Positions 1 to 10,695 of a stretch of DNA of 40,596 nucleotides are shown here, piece after piece. Position numbers and translations under genes: made by a program. Within the stretch, counting starts at the first letter, position 1. Each line of letters starts with the position of its first letter. Origin of the DNA: Pseudomonadota bacterium (GTDB lineage Bacteria > Desulfobacterota > Syntrophia > Syntrophales > UBA5619); contig JAHJQP010000173.1 of NCBI GenBank assembly GCA_018819165.1, forward strand, positions 1 to 40,596. Direction: 5' to 3'. Under the pieces are notes generated by a model. That model ran no database searches, had not been told where the DNA came from, and saw only the letters and a program-made list of their open reading frames with translations.

Positions 1-1311
1 ATAAGTGAGATGATCATTCCGGCAGGGAAGGAGGGAATTGTTCTGGAAAAGGGGCTCCTCAGCGATAGGGTAGGGCGAGGAAGCCACCGCTTCATCCCAC
101 AAATCAGTTCCCGGTATGGGAGAATATTCGGCAATAATTGGACGCGCCCCACAGGACCGGACAAAACGGATGCTCTCCCTTACCTCTTCCGCGGTTTGTC
201 CGGGGAGACCGCAGAGAAGATATATCCCGATGTCTTGATCCCGATAACCGGCGCGCCTCAAACAGATGAGGGCTTCTGTAAATTCTTCATTGCAGACTTT
301 GCCGCCAGTCATTATCTGCCGGGCGGCGTCTGATGATTCCAAGCCAAAACGCAGAGTTTTAAAGCCCGCCTTAAATATGAGCGTGCTGAGCTCTGAGGAA
401 ATGTCACGCAGATGAAGGCCGTTCGGACAGTGAAACTGAATCGGCAATTTCCTCCGGATGATCTCTTTCAGAAGCCGAATCGCCATATCCCGGGGATCCA
501 CAAAAAGGGCGTCGTCATAAAATGAAAAATGTTTGATTCCTATATGCGTATGCCAGAATTCGATTTCATCGGCGACCCGGACCGGATCCCGCCTGCGAAA
601 CCGGTCGTAGAGAAGCCTGGATGCGCAATAGCTGCAGCGGTAAGGACAGCCTCTTGAGGTCATAACAGGAAGCTGATCAGGGTGACGGATGAGATCAAAG
701 GCAGGGTAGGGGTAAGAATCGAGATCATTATTGTCAGGAAGGAAGATCATCTCATGGTTGAAGAGATCCTTCAGCAGAGCAGGAATAGATGCTTCCGCAG
801 GGCCGGGCAAACAGAAATCAGCCCCGGACCTTGATGCATGGCGCGGACAGAGGGTGACATAATTTCCTCCCAGGACGACAGGTACGCCTGGAAACATCGT
901 ACGCACGATAGTGATGATGTCGAATACCGCCGGATACCAATATGTCATCATTGAAGTAATCATGATGAGCTCCGGTCTGGGCATCGAATTCAGACACTTC
1001 AGAAAGATTCCCGGTGTGATGCCGTATCGGTTGTAATTTCGGGGAAAGCGCTTCAGAGGGTCCGGTTTAGGAATTCGCGCCTTCGCATATGTTCCCTCTC
1101 CGGATGTTTTTCTTTTTGGCATTCGGATAAGAGATGCCTCGGCAGACATACCCGGATGATGCGGGTCAAGACAATCCAGAAAAATGACATCCGCCCCATT
1201 CATTCTGAGTAATGAAGCCAGAGAGAGTAGTCCTATCGGTATATTCCAGAAATCATAGGCTGCAAAATCATAGATCCAGGGATTGATGAGAAGTATTATT
1301 CTCCGCTTCAT
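1..1311 (-). CDS. B12-binding-domain radical SAM protein (start complete, C-terminus runs off the window edge)
   Basis: Absent from the ORF track because it has no stop inside the window. My translation of the reverse strand from ATG 1311..1309 gives MKRRIILLINPWIYDFAAYDFWNIPIGLLSLASLLRMNGADVIFLD..., a cobalamin-binding-type N-domain. This is followed by ...LPVMTSRGCPYRCSYCAS..., a CxxxCxxC radical SAM motif. The frame stays open for 437 codons down to position 1. Confidence 0.8.
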   Translation of the reverse strand, partial: MKRRIILLINPWIYDFAAYDFWNIPIGLLSLASLLRMNGADVIFLDCLDPHHPGMSAEASLIRMPKRKTSGEGTYAKARIPKPDPLKRFPRNYNRYGITPGIFLKCLNSMPRPELIMITSMMTYWYPAVFDIITIVRTMFPGVPVVLGGNYVTLCPRHASRSGADFCLPGPAEASIPALLKDLFNHEMIFLPDNNDLDSYPYPAFDLIRHPDQLPVMTSRGCPYRCSYCASRLLYDRFRRRDPVRVADEIEFWHTHIGIKHFSFYDDALFVDPRDMAIRLLKEIIRRKLPIQFHCPNGLHLRDISSELSTLIFKAGFKTLRFGLESSDAARQIMTGGKVCNEEFTEALICLRRAGYRDQDIGIYLLCGLPGQTAEEVRESIRFVRSCGARPIIAEYSPIPGTDLWDEAVASSPYPIAEEPLFQNNSLLPCRNDHLTY

Positions 1312-1518
1312 AAATAAATCAATAGCACATATTCTTTATTCCGACAATTTCTGCAGAAAAAATTATATATGGTAATGCATGTAATAATATTATATTGTCC
1401 ATTTTATTGTAATTATTTAATAATCAAGACAAGCTGTAACCTGTTAGACATTACAATAATACAGTATAAATATTTCTTGACAAATCGCTATGAAGCATAT
1501 AAACAGAAACCGAAATAT

Positions 1519-1547
1519 CTGTCACCGTCATATATTATTGATATAAT
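1519..1547 (+). promoter_or_regulatory. candidate sigma-70 promoter for the HTH-cyclase gene (CTGTCA-17 nt-TATAAT)
   Basis: Perfect -10 TATAAT at 1542..1547. The -35 is 4/6 (CTGTCA, 1519..1524) with a 17-nt spacer, about 45 nt upstream of ATG 1590. A TTGACA at 1478..1483 has only a 15-nt spacer to TATAAA. Confidence 0.35.
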
Positions 1548-1576
1548 GAATGGATAATAGACTGTTCAATATAGTA

Positions 1577-1585
1577 GGGGGGGGG
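1577..1585 (+). repeat. G9 homopolymer tract in the ribosome-binding region of the HTH-cyclase gene
   Basis: The sequence reads ...atagtaGGGGGGGGGtattATG. There are nine consecutive G, ending 4 nt before ATG 1590. Confidence 0.95.
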
Positions 1586-1589
1586 TATT

Positions 1590-3188
1590 ATGGCTGAACT
1601 TGAAAGAACGAAAAACGGTTTGATCAGCAGCATCGATATCCTTGACAGAACCGGGCTTTCCCGAGCCACCTTGAACAATTATATCAAAATGGGAATAATT
1701 CCCCGTCCAATCGTCCGAAAACCTGAGAAGGCTTCGATCAAGGCAAGACAGATCGGCTATTTTCCCGGCTCTGTATTGGACACTATAAATAAAATTAAAC
1801 AGTATAAATCGGAGGGGCATTCCATGGACGAGATATGCGATCACATGAGGGTGAAAGCAAATGATTCGTCTATAACCACCGATTCTGTAACCTCTGATGC
1901 CGATGAACAAGGCAGAGATGACGGTCTGATACCGGACGAGGAACGCAGGACAGATCAGGAAACAAGCCAGGAAATGAGTGACATAATGATAGCCGTTAAA
2001 ACGAATGAAGTGAAATTGACGATTAATGATCTCCAATACCCTGCATATCTGATTGGTAACAATTTCGAAATTGACTGGATCAATACAGAGGCGGAGGAAG
2101 CTATTTTTGGTCAAAACATACATTCGATAACAATAGCGGAATCCAGGAATATATTCAGACTGTTTATCGGTATGGGTCTCATGCAGTCGGTCGAGTCCCG
2201 TCATTCGATCCTCGATTTCCACATGTCGCTGTTTAAGCAGAGATCTTCAAAAGAGGAGCTGGAAAAACTCTTTCCGGGCATCACAAAGAGAGATGTCAAA
2301 ATGCTGTCAGACATCTATGATATTATAGACGTTACTTCTTCTCCAGTCCTTCCTGAGACATATCTGAACCTGAATTTCCACCAAGATTCTGAAATGGTTT
2401 ATCGAGTGAACAAAATCAAATTCCGGGAAGGGATTTTATGTGTATACGTCCCGGCAGACAAGATGATGCAGGGAATTGTCGAGCTGCTGTCCAGAAGAGG
2501 TAGAATCATTCAGGATCTTCTCAAACAACGCATGCCGACACTGGTATCTTTCTCCGTTCTGGTTGCAGATCTTCAAGACTCGATCAGGATTTGTGCCGAA
2601 CTCCCTCCGGAAGAATATTTCCGGCTGATCAATGAGATCTGGAAGTGCATGGAAGGTTCATTCAAAAAATATTACGGCACATACGGAAAACATGCCGGTG
2701 ACGGCATGGTCTATTACTTCCTCAGGGAGCGCGATTCCAATTATCTTATGAATGCCATTCTCTGTTCGCTTGAGTTGAGGGAAAGCATGAAAAATTTGAG
2801 TAATAAGTGGAAAATGACCAAGGGATGGTTTAACGAGCTCTATTTGAACGTTGGAATCAACGAAGGCCAGGAATATTTCGGAACGATTCCGGCATCGCCG
2901 ACAATCGAATTTACGGCACTCGGCGATTCGGTCAATTATGCGGGCCGATTATCTGACTTTGCCCGTTACGGTTCAATCTGGACGACAAAGAATCTTATGA
3001 ACCGGTTAAGCGATGAGGAAAGAAAACAAATTTGCTACGGCATCAGAAAGAAGGAGCAGAACCGTGATGTCATGATTAAAAATATCTTTTCACGCGTGGT
3101 CGACCTTATGCCTCCGGACAGTCCCAAATACAGTAAATACATGGATATTGCAAACTTAGCCGTGACAGAAATCCACGACATCCGCTGA
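1590..3188 (+). CDS. MerR/excisionase-type HTH + PAS-like region + class III adenylate/guanylate cyclase domain protein
   Basis: The N-terminus has an HTH: ILDRTGLSRATLNNYIKMGIIPRP. The middle has a PAS-like segment: YPAYLIGNNFEIDWINTEAEEAIFG. The C-terminus has cyclase homology motifs: FSVLVADLQDS (metal Asp), YGKHAGDGMVYYF (Lys + second metal Asp) and FTALGDSVNYAGRL (Asn/Arg transition-state pair). Confidence 0.8.
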   Translation: MAELERTKNGLISSIDILDRTGLSRATLNNYIKMGIIPRPIVRKPEKASIKARQIGYFPGSVLDTINKIKQYKSEGHSMDEICDHMRVKANDSSITTDSVTSDADEQGRDDGLIPDEERRTDQETSQEMSDIMIAVKTNEVKLTINDLQYPAYLIGNNFEIDWINTEAEEAIFGQNIHSITIAESRNIFRLFIGMGLMQSVESRHSILDFHMSLFKQRSSKEELEKLFPGITKRDVKMLSDIYDIIDVTSSPVLPETYLNLNFHQDSEMVYRVNKIKFREGILCVYVPADKMMQGIVELLSRRGRIIQDLLKQRMPTLVSFSVLVADLQDSIRICAELPPEEYFRLINEIWKCMEGSFKKYYGTYGKHAGDGMVYYFLRERDSNYLMNAILCSLELRESMKNLSNKWKMTKGWFNELYLNVGINEGQEYFGTIPASPTIEFTALGDSVNYAGRLSDFARYGSIWTTKNLMNRLSDEERKQICYGIRKKEQNRDVMIKNIFSRVVDLMPPDSPKYSKYMDIANLAVTEIHDIR

Positions 3189-3390
3189 TGGATCCTTATG
3201 CAGAGCCTTGAAGAGTTGGAGATTAGAGGCGCAATCTAATATTCTTTCTTGCCGGGATGCTCTGCCCTGCCGGCGGGGAGCTTCCCCGTATAAACGTCCG
3301 AACTGCCTGCCTTCGTAGAATAAACACCAGAAAAGACTTGAAGCAAAAGGTGTTTGTTGCTAACATCAGCAGTTATAAAAGGTGTATGTA

Positions 3391-3840
3391 ATGCGTTCGG
3401 TGGTGCAGAGGGTTGATAGAGCCGACATCCGTATCGGCGACAGGTGTATTGCCAGCATAGAAAGGGGTGTTCTCGTATTTCTCGGGATCGAACAGGGTGA
3501 TCGGGAAAGCGACGCCGATTATCTGTCCAATAAGATCATCAATCTCAGGATCTTTGAGGATGAGGCTGGAAAGATGAATCTCTCCCTTCTTGATATACAG
3601 GGGGAGATGCTTGTTGTTTCCCAATTCACTCTTCTGGGCGATTGCCGGAAAGGCAGAAGACCTTCTTTCACGGGGGCAGAAGATCCAGATGACGCACGAA
3701 AGCTTTACGATCACTTCCTCAGTCTGGTAAAGAAAAAAGTAAAGCATGTGGCTCAGGGTTATTTTCAGACCATGATGTTGATCGAACTTGTCAATAATGG
3801 ACCAGTCACGATGCTTTTGGACAGCCGAAGAAACTTTTAA
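3391..3840 (+). CDS. dtd: D-aminoacyl-tRNA deacylase
   Basis: Motifs MRSVVQRV..., SQFTLLGD and GRRPSF are typical Dtd signatures. I prefer ATG 3391 (AAAGGTG 8 nt upstream) over the track's GTG 3382. Confidence 0.9.
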   Translation: MRSVVQRVDRADIRIGDRCIASIERGVLVFLGIEQGDRESDADYLSNKIINLRIFEDEAGKMNLSLLDIQGEMLVVSQFTLLGDCRKGRRPSFTGAEDPDDARKLYDHFLSLVKKKVKHVAQGYFQTMMLIELVNNGPVTMLLDSRRNF

Positions 3841-4011
3841 GGAAAGCGCGTTATGCCGTCACAGGATGATCAAATCGAGATCCGGATACACAAGGAAAGG
3901 AAGAAGGGGCGCCTGTTCTGCAAATTTCTGGATTATGCTCCCCAGAAAAATCATCATCGCATCAGATTAAAATATCGTTCTTATATCATTGAAAACGATC
4001 ATAAATCGTAA

Positions 4012-5487
<1,476 letters not shown>

Positions 5488-5490
5488 ATT

Positions 5491-8400
5491 ATGAAACACG
5501 CCGATTTTGTTCATCTTCACGTTCATACCCAGTACAGCCTCCTCGATGGCACCATTCGTCTCGATGACCTTTTTCAGAAGGCAAAAGCATATCAGATGCC
5601 TGCCGTTGCGATGACGGATCACGGCAATCTTTACGGGACGATTGATTTTTATAAGCATGCCTATAAATACGGAATCAAGCCCATTATCGGCTGCGAAATG
5701 TATGTCGCCCCCAAAAGCCGCTTTGACAAGGCGGGATACGGAATCGGCGAGACGGCAAACCATCTCGTTCTCCTTGCCCGGAATAAACAAGGATACAAGA
5801 ATCTTATTAAATTATCGACCGCAGGCTTTCTGGACGGCTTTTACTACCGGCCGCGCATCGACAAGGAGATCCTCGCCCAGTATCACGAGGGACTGATCGG
5901 AATGAGCGGCTGTCTCCATGGTGAGATCTCCGGGCATCTACTCCGGGGAAATCCCGATGAAGCCATCCGTGCTGCAAATCAATACCAGGAGATTTTTGGG
6001 GAAGGAAATTTTTTCATCGAAATCATGGAAAACGGCCTGCCCGAACAGAAGGCGGCCAATCAGGCGTTGATCGAACTGAGTCGCCGGCATGACTTTCCGC
6101 TGGTCGCTACCAACGATTGCCATTACCTGAATCAGGATGATGCCGAGGCCCATGAGGTTCTTCTCTGTATTCAAACCGGGAAAACAATGGAGGATTCCGA
6201 GCGGATGAAATTTGGAACCGATCAATTTTATTTCCGCTCTCCCGAAGAAATGAAACGCTTGTTTTCCCATTGCCCGGAAGCGATCGACAATACGATCAAT
6301 ATTGCTGAAAAGTGCAATCTCACCTTTGAGTTCGGCAGCATTCTCCTGCCCCACTTCGAGATCAATCCTGATGAAACACTGGATGAACGCCTGAAACGGG
6401 AGGCAACAGAAGGGCTTGCGGCTCTTTTACCTAAAATTTTGAAAGGTGAGAATGGAAATCTTCAGGAACAGTATGTAAAAAGGCTCCGGCACGAACTGGA
6501 AATAATCCGGTCCATGGGTTTTGCCGGATATTTTCTCATCGTTTCCGACTTCATCAATTATGCCAAGAAAAAGAATATCCCGGTAGGACCGGGAAGGGGT
6601 TCCGCCGCCGGCAGTCTTGTGGCCTATGCCACAGGGATTACCAATATCGATCCCATCCGGTACAACCTCTTCTTTGAAAGATTTCTCAATCCTGACCGGA
6701 TCAGCATGCCGGATATCGATACAGACTTCTGCCCGGAGGGGAGGGAGGAGATCATCCGCTATGTGACGGAAAAATACGGGAGCGACAAGGTATCCCAGAT
6801 CATCACCTTCGGAAAAATGCAGGCAAGGGCCGTCATTCGCGATGTGGGACGGGCGCTGAATATTTCCTATGGCGAGGTGGATCGCATCGCCAAGTTGATT
6901 CCCAATGTACTCAACATCAAATTGGATGATGCCATTAAGCGGGAACCCCGGCTTCAGGAAGAGGCGAAGAACAATCCACGGATCAAGAAACTCCTTGACC
7001 TGTCACGGGCGCTGGAAGGTCTGAACCGCCATTCGTCGACGCACGCGGCGGGCGTCGTGATCTCTGATCTGCCGCTGGTGGAGAGGATTCCGCTGTGCAA
7101 GAGTCCCAAGGATGACGTCGTGACGCAATTTTCCATGAATGATATCCAGGAGGTGGGGTTGACGAAATTCGATTTTCTCGGATTGAAGACCCTGACCGTC
7201 ATCAAGAATACCCTCAGATTTATCCGCGAAGGGCGGGGAGTTGAGGTTGACATCGATTCCCTGCCCCTCGATGACCGACCGGCCTACGAATTGCTTATGA
7301 GGAGCAACACCGACGGAATCTTCCAGTTGGAAAGCGCGGGCATGAAGGATATCTTGGTGCGAATGAAACCGGATTGCATCGAGGATGTAATCGCTCTGAT
7401 CGCCCTTTATCGTCCCGGCCCCATGGAGAATGTTCCCGAATTCATTTCGAGAAAACAGGGCAAAACAAAGATTGTCTATGAAATCCCAGAATTGCAGGCG
7501 ATCCTGAAGGAGACTTACGGGATCATCGTCTATCAGGAACAGGTCATGCAGATCGCCGTGGCCATCGGCAACTATACTCTGTCCGAAGCCGATACCCTCC
7601 GCAAGGTCATGAGCAAGAAGAAATCTGAGGAGATGGAGAGCAAGGAGAAACCGAAGTTTCTCGAAGGGGCGCGGAAAAAGAAGATCCCTGAAGCCAAGGC
7701 CGCAAGAATATGGGAAAAGATGGAAACCTTCGGAAAATATGGCTTCAACAAATCTCACAGTACCGCTTATGCGGTCATTTCCTACCAGACGGCCTATCTA
7801 AAGGCCCACTATCCTGCCGAATTCATGGCCGCACTGCTGACCAGCGAAAAGGACAACCGGGACAAAATCATCAGCCATATCACCAGCTGCAGAGAGATGG
7901 GGATCAATGTGCTTCCGCCCGATATCAATGAGTCCAAGAGTGATTTCAGCGTAGTGGGCGAGAATATCCGTTTTGGGCTTGCCGCAGTAAAAAATGTAGG
8001 CGTCGGCGCGATTGATTCGATCATATCGGTGCGGGAGGAGGGGGGACGATTCGTTTCCCTTCTGGATTTTTGCGATCGCGTCGATCAGCGGAAGGTCAAC
8101 AAAAGGGTTATCGAAAGTCTGATCAAGTGCGGTGCGTTCGATTCTACGGGCAACAACCGGTGTCAGTTGATGGCCTGTTACGAAGATATCATGGATCAGG
8201 CCCAGAGACGCCAGCGCGAACGATCCAGCGGCCAGGTCAACATTTTCGAAAATCATGGTGGCAAACCGCTCTTGGATACGGGTGATTCGCATCTACCTGA
8301 TTTTCCCGAGTGGGATCATAAGGAGTTATTAGCTAACGAGAAAGAGACCATCGGATTTTATATTACCGGCCACCCGCTTTCCCGATTTTCCGATCGCCTG

Positions 8401-8946
8401 GGCATGATCGCGAATGCCGATTCTTCTACCATTTCCAGGAAATCAGATCGCGAAACGGTGGCAGTGGCAGGCGTTGTCAGCAACATCCGCGAGGTGATCA
8501 CCAAGCGAAAAGAGACCATGGCTTATGTTACGCTTGAGGATCTGAAGGGGTCCGTTACCGTCATCTTTTTTTCCGATGTCTATCGGTCCGCGTACGATTT
8601 ACTGCATGGCGACGATCCTCTGCTGATCAGGGGAACTCTCGATATTGCGGAAGACAGCATCAAGGTCATCGCAACGGAGGCAACGCTCCTGGCGTCTGCG
8701 GCTGAAAAACCATATCAGACCGCATATTTTACGATCGACGTGAAGAAAACATCCGCAGAGGATATCGAACTTCTAAGACGAAGCCTGAAGCAGTTTCCCG
8801 GAACGCAGGACGGATTCATCAGGCTTATGGAAGAGAGGTGCGAAACGGTCATCTACCTTGGAGAGGATATGAAACTGGATCTTTCGTGGCCGCTGAAAAA
8901 GGAGGCTGAACGGATTATCGGAAGCGGAGCGGCCCAGTTTTTGTAA
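5491..8946 (+). CDS. dnaE: DNA polymerase III alpha subunit
   Basis: 1151 aa. PHP domain start is FVHLHVHTQYSLLDG. It also has the polymerase core (GPGRGSAAGSLVAY, PDIDTDF) and a C-terminal OB region. Confidence 0.95.
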   Translation: MKHADFVHLHVHTQYSLLDGTIRLDDLFQKAKAYQMPAVAMTDHGNLYGTIDFYKHAYKYGIKPIIGCEMYVAPKSRFDKAGYGIGETANHLVLLARNKQGYKNLIKLSTAGFLDGFYYRPRIDKEILAQYHEGLIGMSGCLHGEISGHLLRGNPDEAIRAANQYQEIFGEGNFFIEIMENGLPEQKAANQALIELSRRHDFPLVATNDCHYLNQDDAEAHEVLLCIQTGKTMEDSERMKFGTDQFYFRSPEEMKRLFSHCPEAIDNTINIAEKCNLTFEFGSILLPHFEINPDETLDERLKREATEGLAALLPKILKGENGNLQEQYVKRLRHELEIIRSMGFAGYFLIVSDFINYAKKKNIPVGPGRGSAAGSLVAYATGITNIDPIRYNLFFERFLNPDRISMPDIDTDFCPEGREEIIRYVTEKYGSDKVSQIITFGKMQARAVIRDVGRALNISYGEVDRIAKLIPNVLNIKLDDAIKREPRLQEEAKNNPRIKKLLDLSRALEGLNRHSSTHAAGVVISDLPLVERIPLCKSPKDDVVTQFSMNDIQEVGLTKFDFLGLKTLTVIKNTLRFIREGRGVEVDIDSLPLDDRPAYELLMRSNTDGIFQLESAGMKDILVRMKPDCIEDVIALIALYRPGPMENVPEFISRKQGKTKIVYEIPELQAILKETYGIIVYQEQVMQIAVAIGNYTLSEADTLRKVMSKKKSEEMESKEKPKFLEGARKKKIPEAKAARIWEKMETFGKYGFNKSHSTAYAVISYQTAYLKAHYPAEFMAALLTSEKDNRDKIISHITSCREMGINVLPPDINESKSDFSVVGENIRFGLAAVKNVGVGAIDSIISVREEGGRFVSLLDFCDRVDQRKVNKRVIESLIKCGAFDSTGNNRCQLMACYEDIMDQAQRRQRERSSGQVNIFENHGGKPLLDTGDSHLPDFPEWDHKELLANEKETIGFYITGHPLSRFSDRLGMIANADSSTISRKSDRETVAVAGVVSNIREVITKRKETMAYVTLEDLKGSVTVIFFSDVYRSAYDLLHGDDPLLIRGTLDIAEDSIKVIATEATLLASAAEKPYQTAYFTIDVKKTSAEDIELLRRSLKQFPGTQDGFIRLMEERCETVIYLGEDMKLDLSWPLKKEAERIIGSGAAQFL

Positions 8947-9097
8947 ACCGGGGGTTGTTTTGATAATATGGGACATGGGACCGAATCCAGGAGATTATTC
9001 CGAGAGGACCTACGGGGAGAGAATATTAAAAAGACCATACATGTAAGTTTACATAACATATCTTATGAGACAATGACTCAGCGTCCGCGGACCTTTT

Positions 9098-10045
9098 CTA
9101 AATGCCCTCATCGGCCAGTTTTTTGATTAACTGCAGCTGTTTATCCGTGATTTTACGCGGGACCGCAATGCTGATCTTCACATACTGGTCCCCCTTCGCG
9201 GTGCCGGAACCTTTCATCGCGGGGACGCCGTAACCCTTCATCCGGATTTTGGTATTGTTCTGCGTTCCGGCGGGAATTTTAATCCTCTTGATCGTCCCGT
9301 CCAGGGTCGAGACATCGATACTGGTCCCCAGTACGGCTTGCGTGAAGGAGATTGATTTCTCAATATAGATGTCGTTTCCGTCCCTGGCGAAGACCGGATG
9401 GGACTGGACGATGATGTTCAGATAGAGATCGCCTCCGGGACCTCCGCGGGGTCCAGTATTTCCCTTGCCTGACAATCGTAGTTTCTTCCCGGTATTGATC
9501 CCCGCGGGGATCTTGACGCTGATCTCATCAACCTGCTGATCGCGCTGGAGCGCCAGCTTCTTGTCCACTCCGAAAACGGACTCCTCCAGGGTAATGGAAA
9601 GATTGTAATGCAGATCCTCCCCCTTCTGGGGCATCTGGTAGTACTCCTGACGCCTCTGGCCGAAGAGGTCCGCGAAGGGATCGCCGCCGCGGAATGTATA
9701 GGTTCCTTGTCTGCCGGCGCCGCGAAACCGTGGATCATCCTTTCCCGGGCCGCCGAATCCAAGGTCGCGGAGGATCTGGCTGAAGTCGACGTTTCGGAAG
9801 ATCTCCTCTTGGCTGAAACGCTGGCTGAACTGATCCGAGCCGAAACTGTCGTACTGTTTTCGTTTCTCCGAATCGCTCAGAACGGCATAGGCCTCGCTGA
9901 TTTTCTTGAACTTCTCTTCTGCTTCCCGGTTGTTCGGGTTGCGGTCGGGATGATATTTCAGGGCCAGCTTCCGGTAGGCCTTCTTGATATCCTCTGGACC
10001 GGCGCCTTTTTCCACTCCCAGGATCTGATAGTAATCCTCAGCCAT
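9098..10045 (-). CDS. cbpA: DnaJ-class co-chaperone without zinc finger (CbpA-like)
   Basis: The J domain reads DYYQILGV...[14 protein letters not shown] (HPD motif). There is a G/F-like linker and C-terminal substrate-binding domains. No CxxCxGxG repeats are present. Confidence 0.8.
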   Translation of the reverse strand: MAEDYYQILGVEKGAGPEDIKKAYRKLALKYHPDRNPNNREAEEKFKKISEAYAVLSDSEKRKQYDSFGSDQFSQRFSQEEIFRNVDFSQILRDLGFGGPGKDDPRFRGAGRQGTYTFRGGDPFADLFGQRRQEYYQMPQKGEDLHYNLSITLEESVFGVDKKLALQRDQQVDEISVKIPAGINTGKKLRLSGKGNTGPRGGPGGDLYLNIIVQSHPVFARDGNDIYIEKSISFTQAVLGTSIDVSTLDGTIKRIKIPAGTQNNTKIRMKGYGVPAMKGSGTAKGDQYVKISIAVPRKITDKQLQLIKKLADEGI

Positions 10046-10118
10046 AAATCGCCCGATCGTATTTAGATTAAATCAACGATACCTTATGCACTGAATGCCA
10101 TTTGTCAATGGGAAGTCA

Positions 10119-10691
10119 TCAGACAGCCCTTCCCAATTGGAAGGCTTTAAGATTTGCTTCGAGAAGTTTCGGTGAGAAGGCGTTCCTCAGCACCGTTTCC
10201 CAGAGTTCAAGCGGCAGTGGCAGACATGATGAGAGTGTGCCCAGCAGGACCGTATTGACGGCCCGGATATTGCCGGCCCTGACTGCAAGACCCGTGGCGT
10301 CGACCACCTTGACAATCCCGAACAGCTGCCTTACGGACTCGATTATATCCTCCGGATATACCGCATCGCCGAGATTAACGTCCGGCGGATAGAGTTCCTC
10401 CGTGTTGATGATGATCGTTCCTTCCGGTTTCAGAAAGTCCAAATAACGCAAGGTATCCATTTTTTCAAAAGAAACGAGGATATCCACGTCATTTTTTCTG
10501 GCAATCGGCGAATAGACCTTCTGTCCGTAACGGACATGGCTCGTGACGCAGCCCCCCCGTTGGGCCATTCCGTGCACCTCGCTTTTCTTTACATCAAGGT
10601 CTGCGGCCATCATGACCCGGCAGAGGATGTCGCTGGCAAGGAGGATACCCTGCCCGCCAACGCCAGCGATCAATATTCCCTTGGTATCCAT
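10119..10691 (-). CDS. iorB: indolepyruvate:ferredoxin oxidoreductase beta subunit
   Basis: MDTKGILIAGVGGQGILLASDIL...HGMAQRGG; about 190 aa, directly downstream of iorA. Start trimmed to ATG 10691. Confidence 0.8.
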   Translation of the reverse strand: MDTKGILIAGVGGQGILLASDILCRVMMAADLDVKKSEVHGMAQRGGCVTSHVRYGQKVYSPIARKNDVDILVSFEKMDTLRYLDFLKPEGTIIINTEELYPPDVNLGDAVYPEDIIESVRQLFGIVKVVDATGLAVRAGNIRAVNTVLLGTLSSCLPLPLELWETVLRNAFSPKLLEANLKAFQLGRAV

Positions 10692-10695
10692 AGAT

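Larger units (their letters stand above)
1312..1589. promoter_or_regulatory. AT-rich divergent intergenic/promoter island between the radical SAM gene and the HTH-cyclase gene
   Basis: I counted 61 G+C in the 240 nt from 1321..1560 (about 25%), against >50% in the flanking genes. It contains a 10-bp perfect inverted repeat, TTATTGTAAT (1404..1413) / ATTACAATAA (1450..1459). Confidence 0.6.

Noticed and set aside
10-333. 107-aa + strand ORF at the window start
   Set aside because: It lies antisense within the radical SAM reading frame (1..1311, -). That frame has clear family motifs and stays open throughout. The + ORF has no recognisable features.
1369-1557. 62-aa ORF (MVMHVIILYCPFYCNYLIIK...) in the AT-rich island
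   Set aside because: Its composition (Ile/Tyr/Asn/Lys-rich) simply mirrors 25% G+C DNA. It has no RBS and overlaps the predicted promoter elements.
1566-2222. 218-aa minus-strand ORF
   Set aside because: It is antisense to the 5' third of the HTH-cyclase gene, which carries recognisable HTH and PAS-like motifs, so it is a shadow ORF.
7003-7758. 251-aa minus-strand ORF inside dnaE, plus others at 5938..6354 and 7798..8292
   Set aside because: They are shadow ORFs antisense to dnaE, with no motifs.
8947-9097. AT-rich palindrome ATGTAAGTTTACAT and GTCCGCGGAC in the dnaE/cbpA convergent spacer
   Set aside because: The stems leave loops that are too short, and there is no convincing U tract. 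The evidence is insufficient for a terminator or sRNA call.
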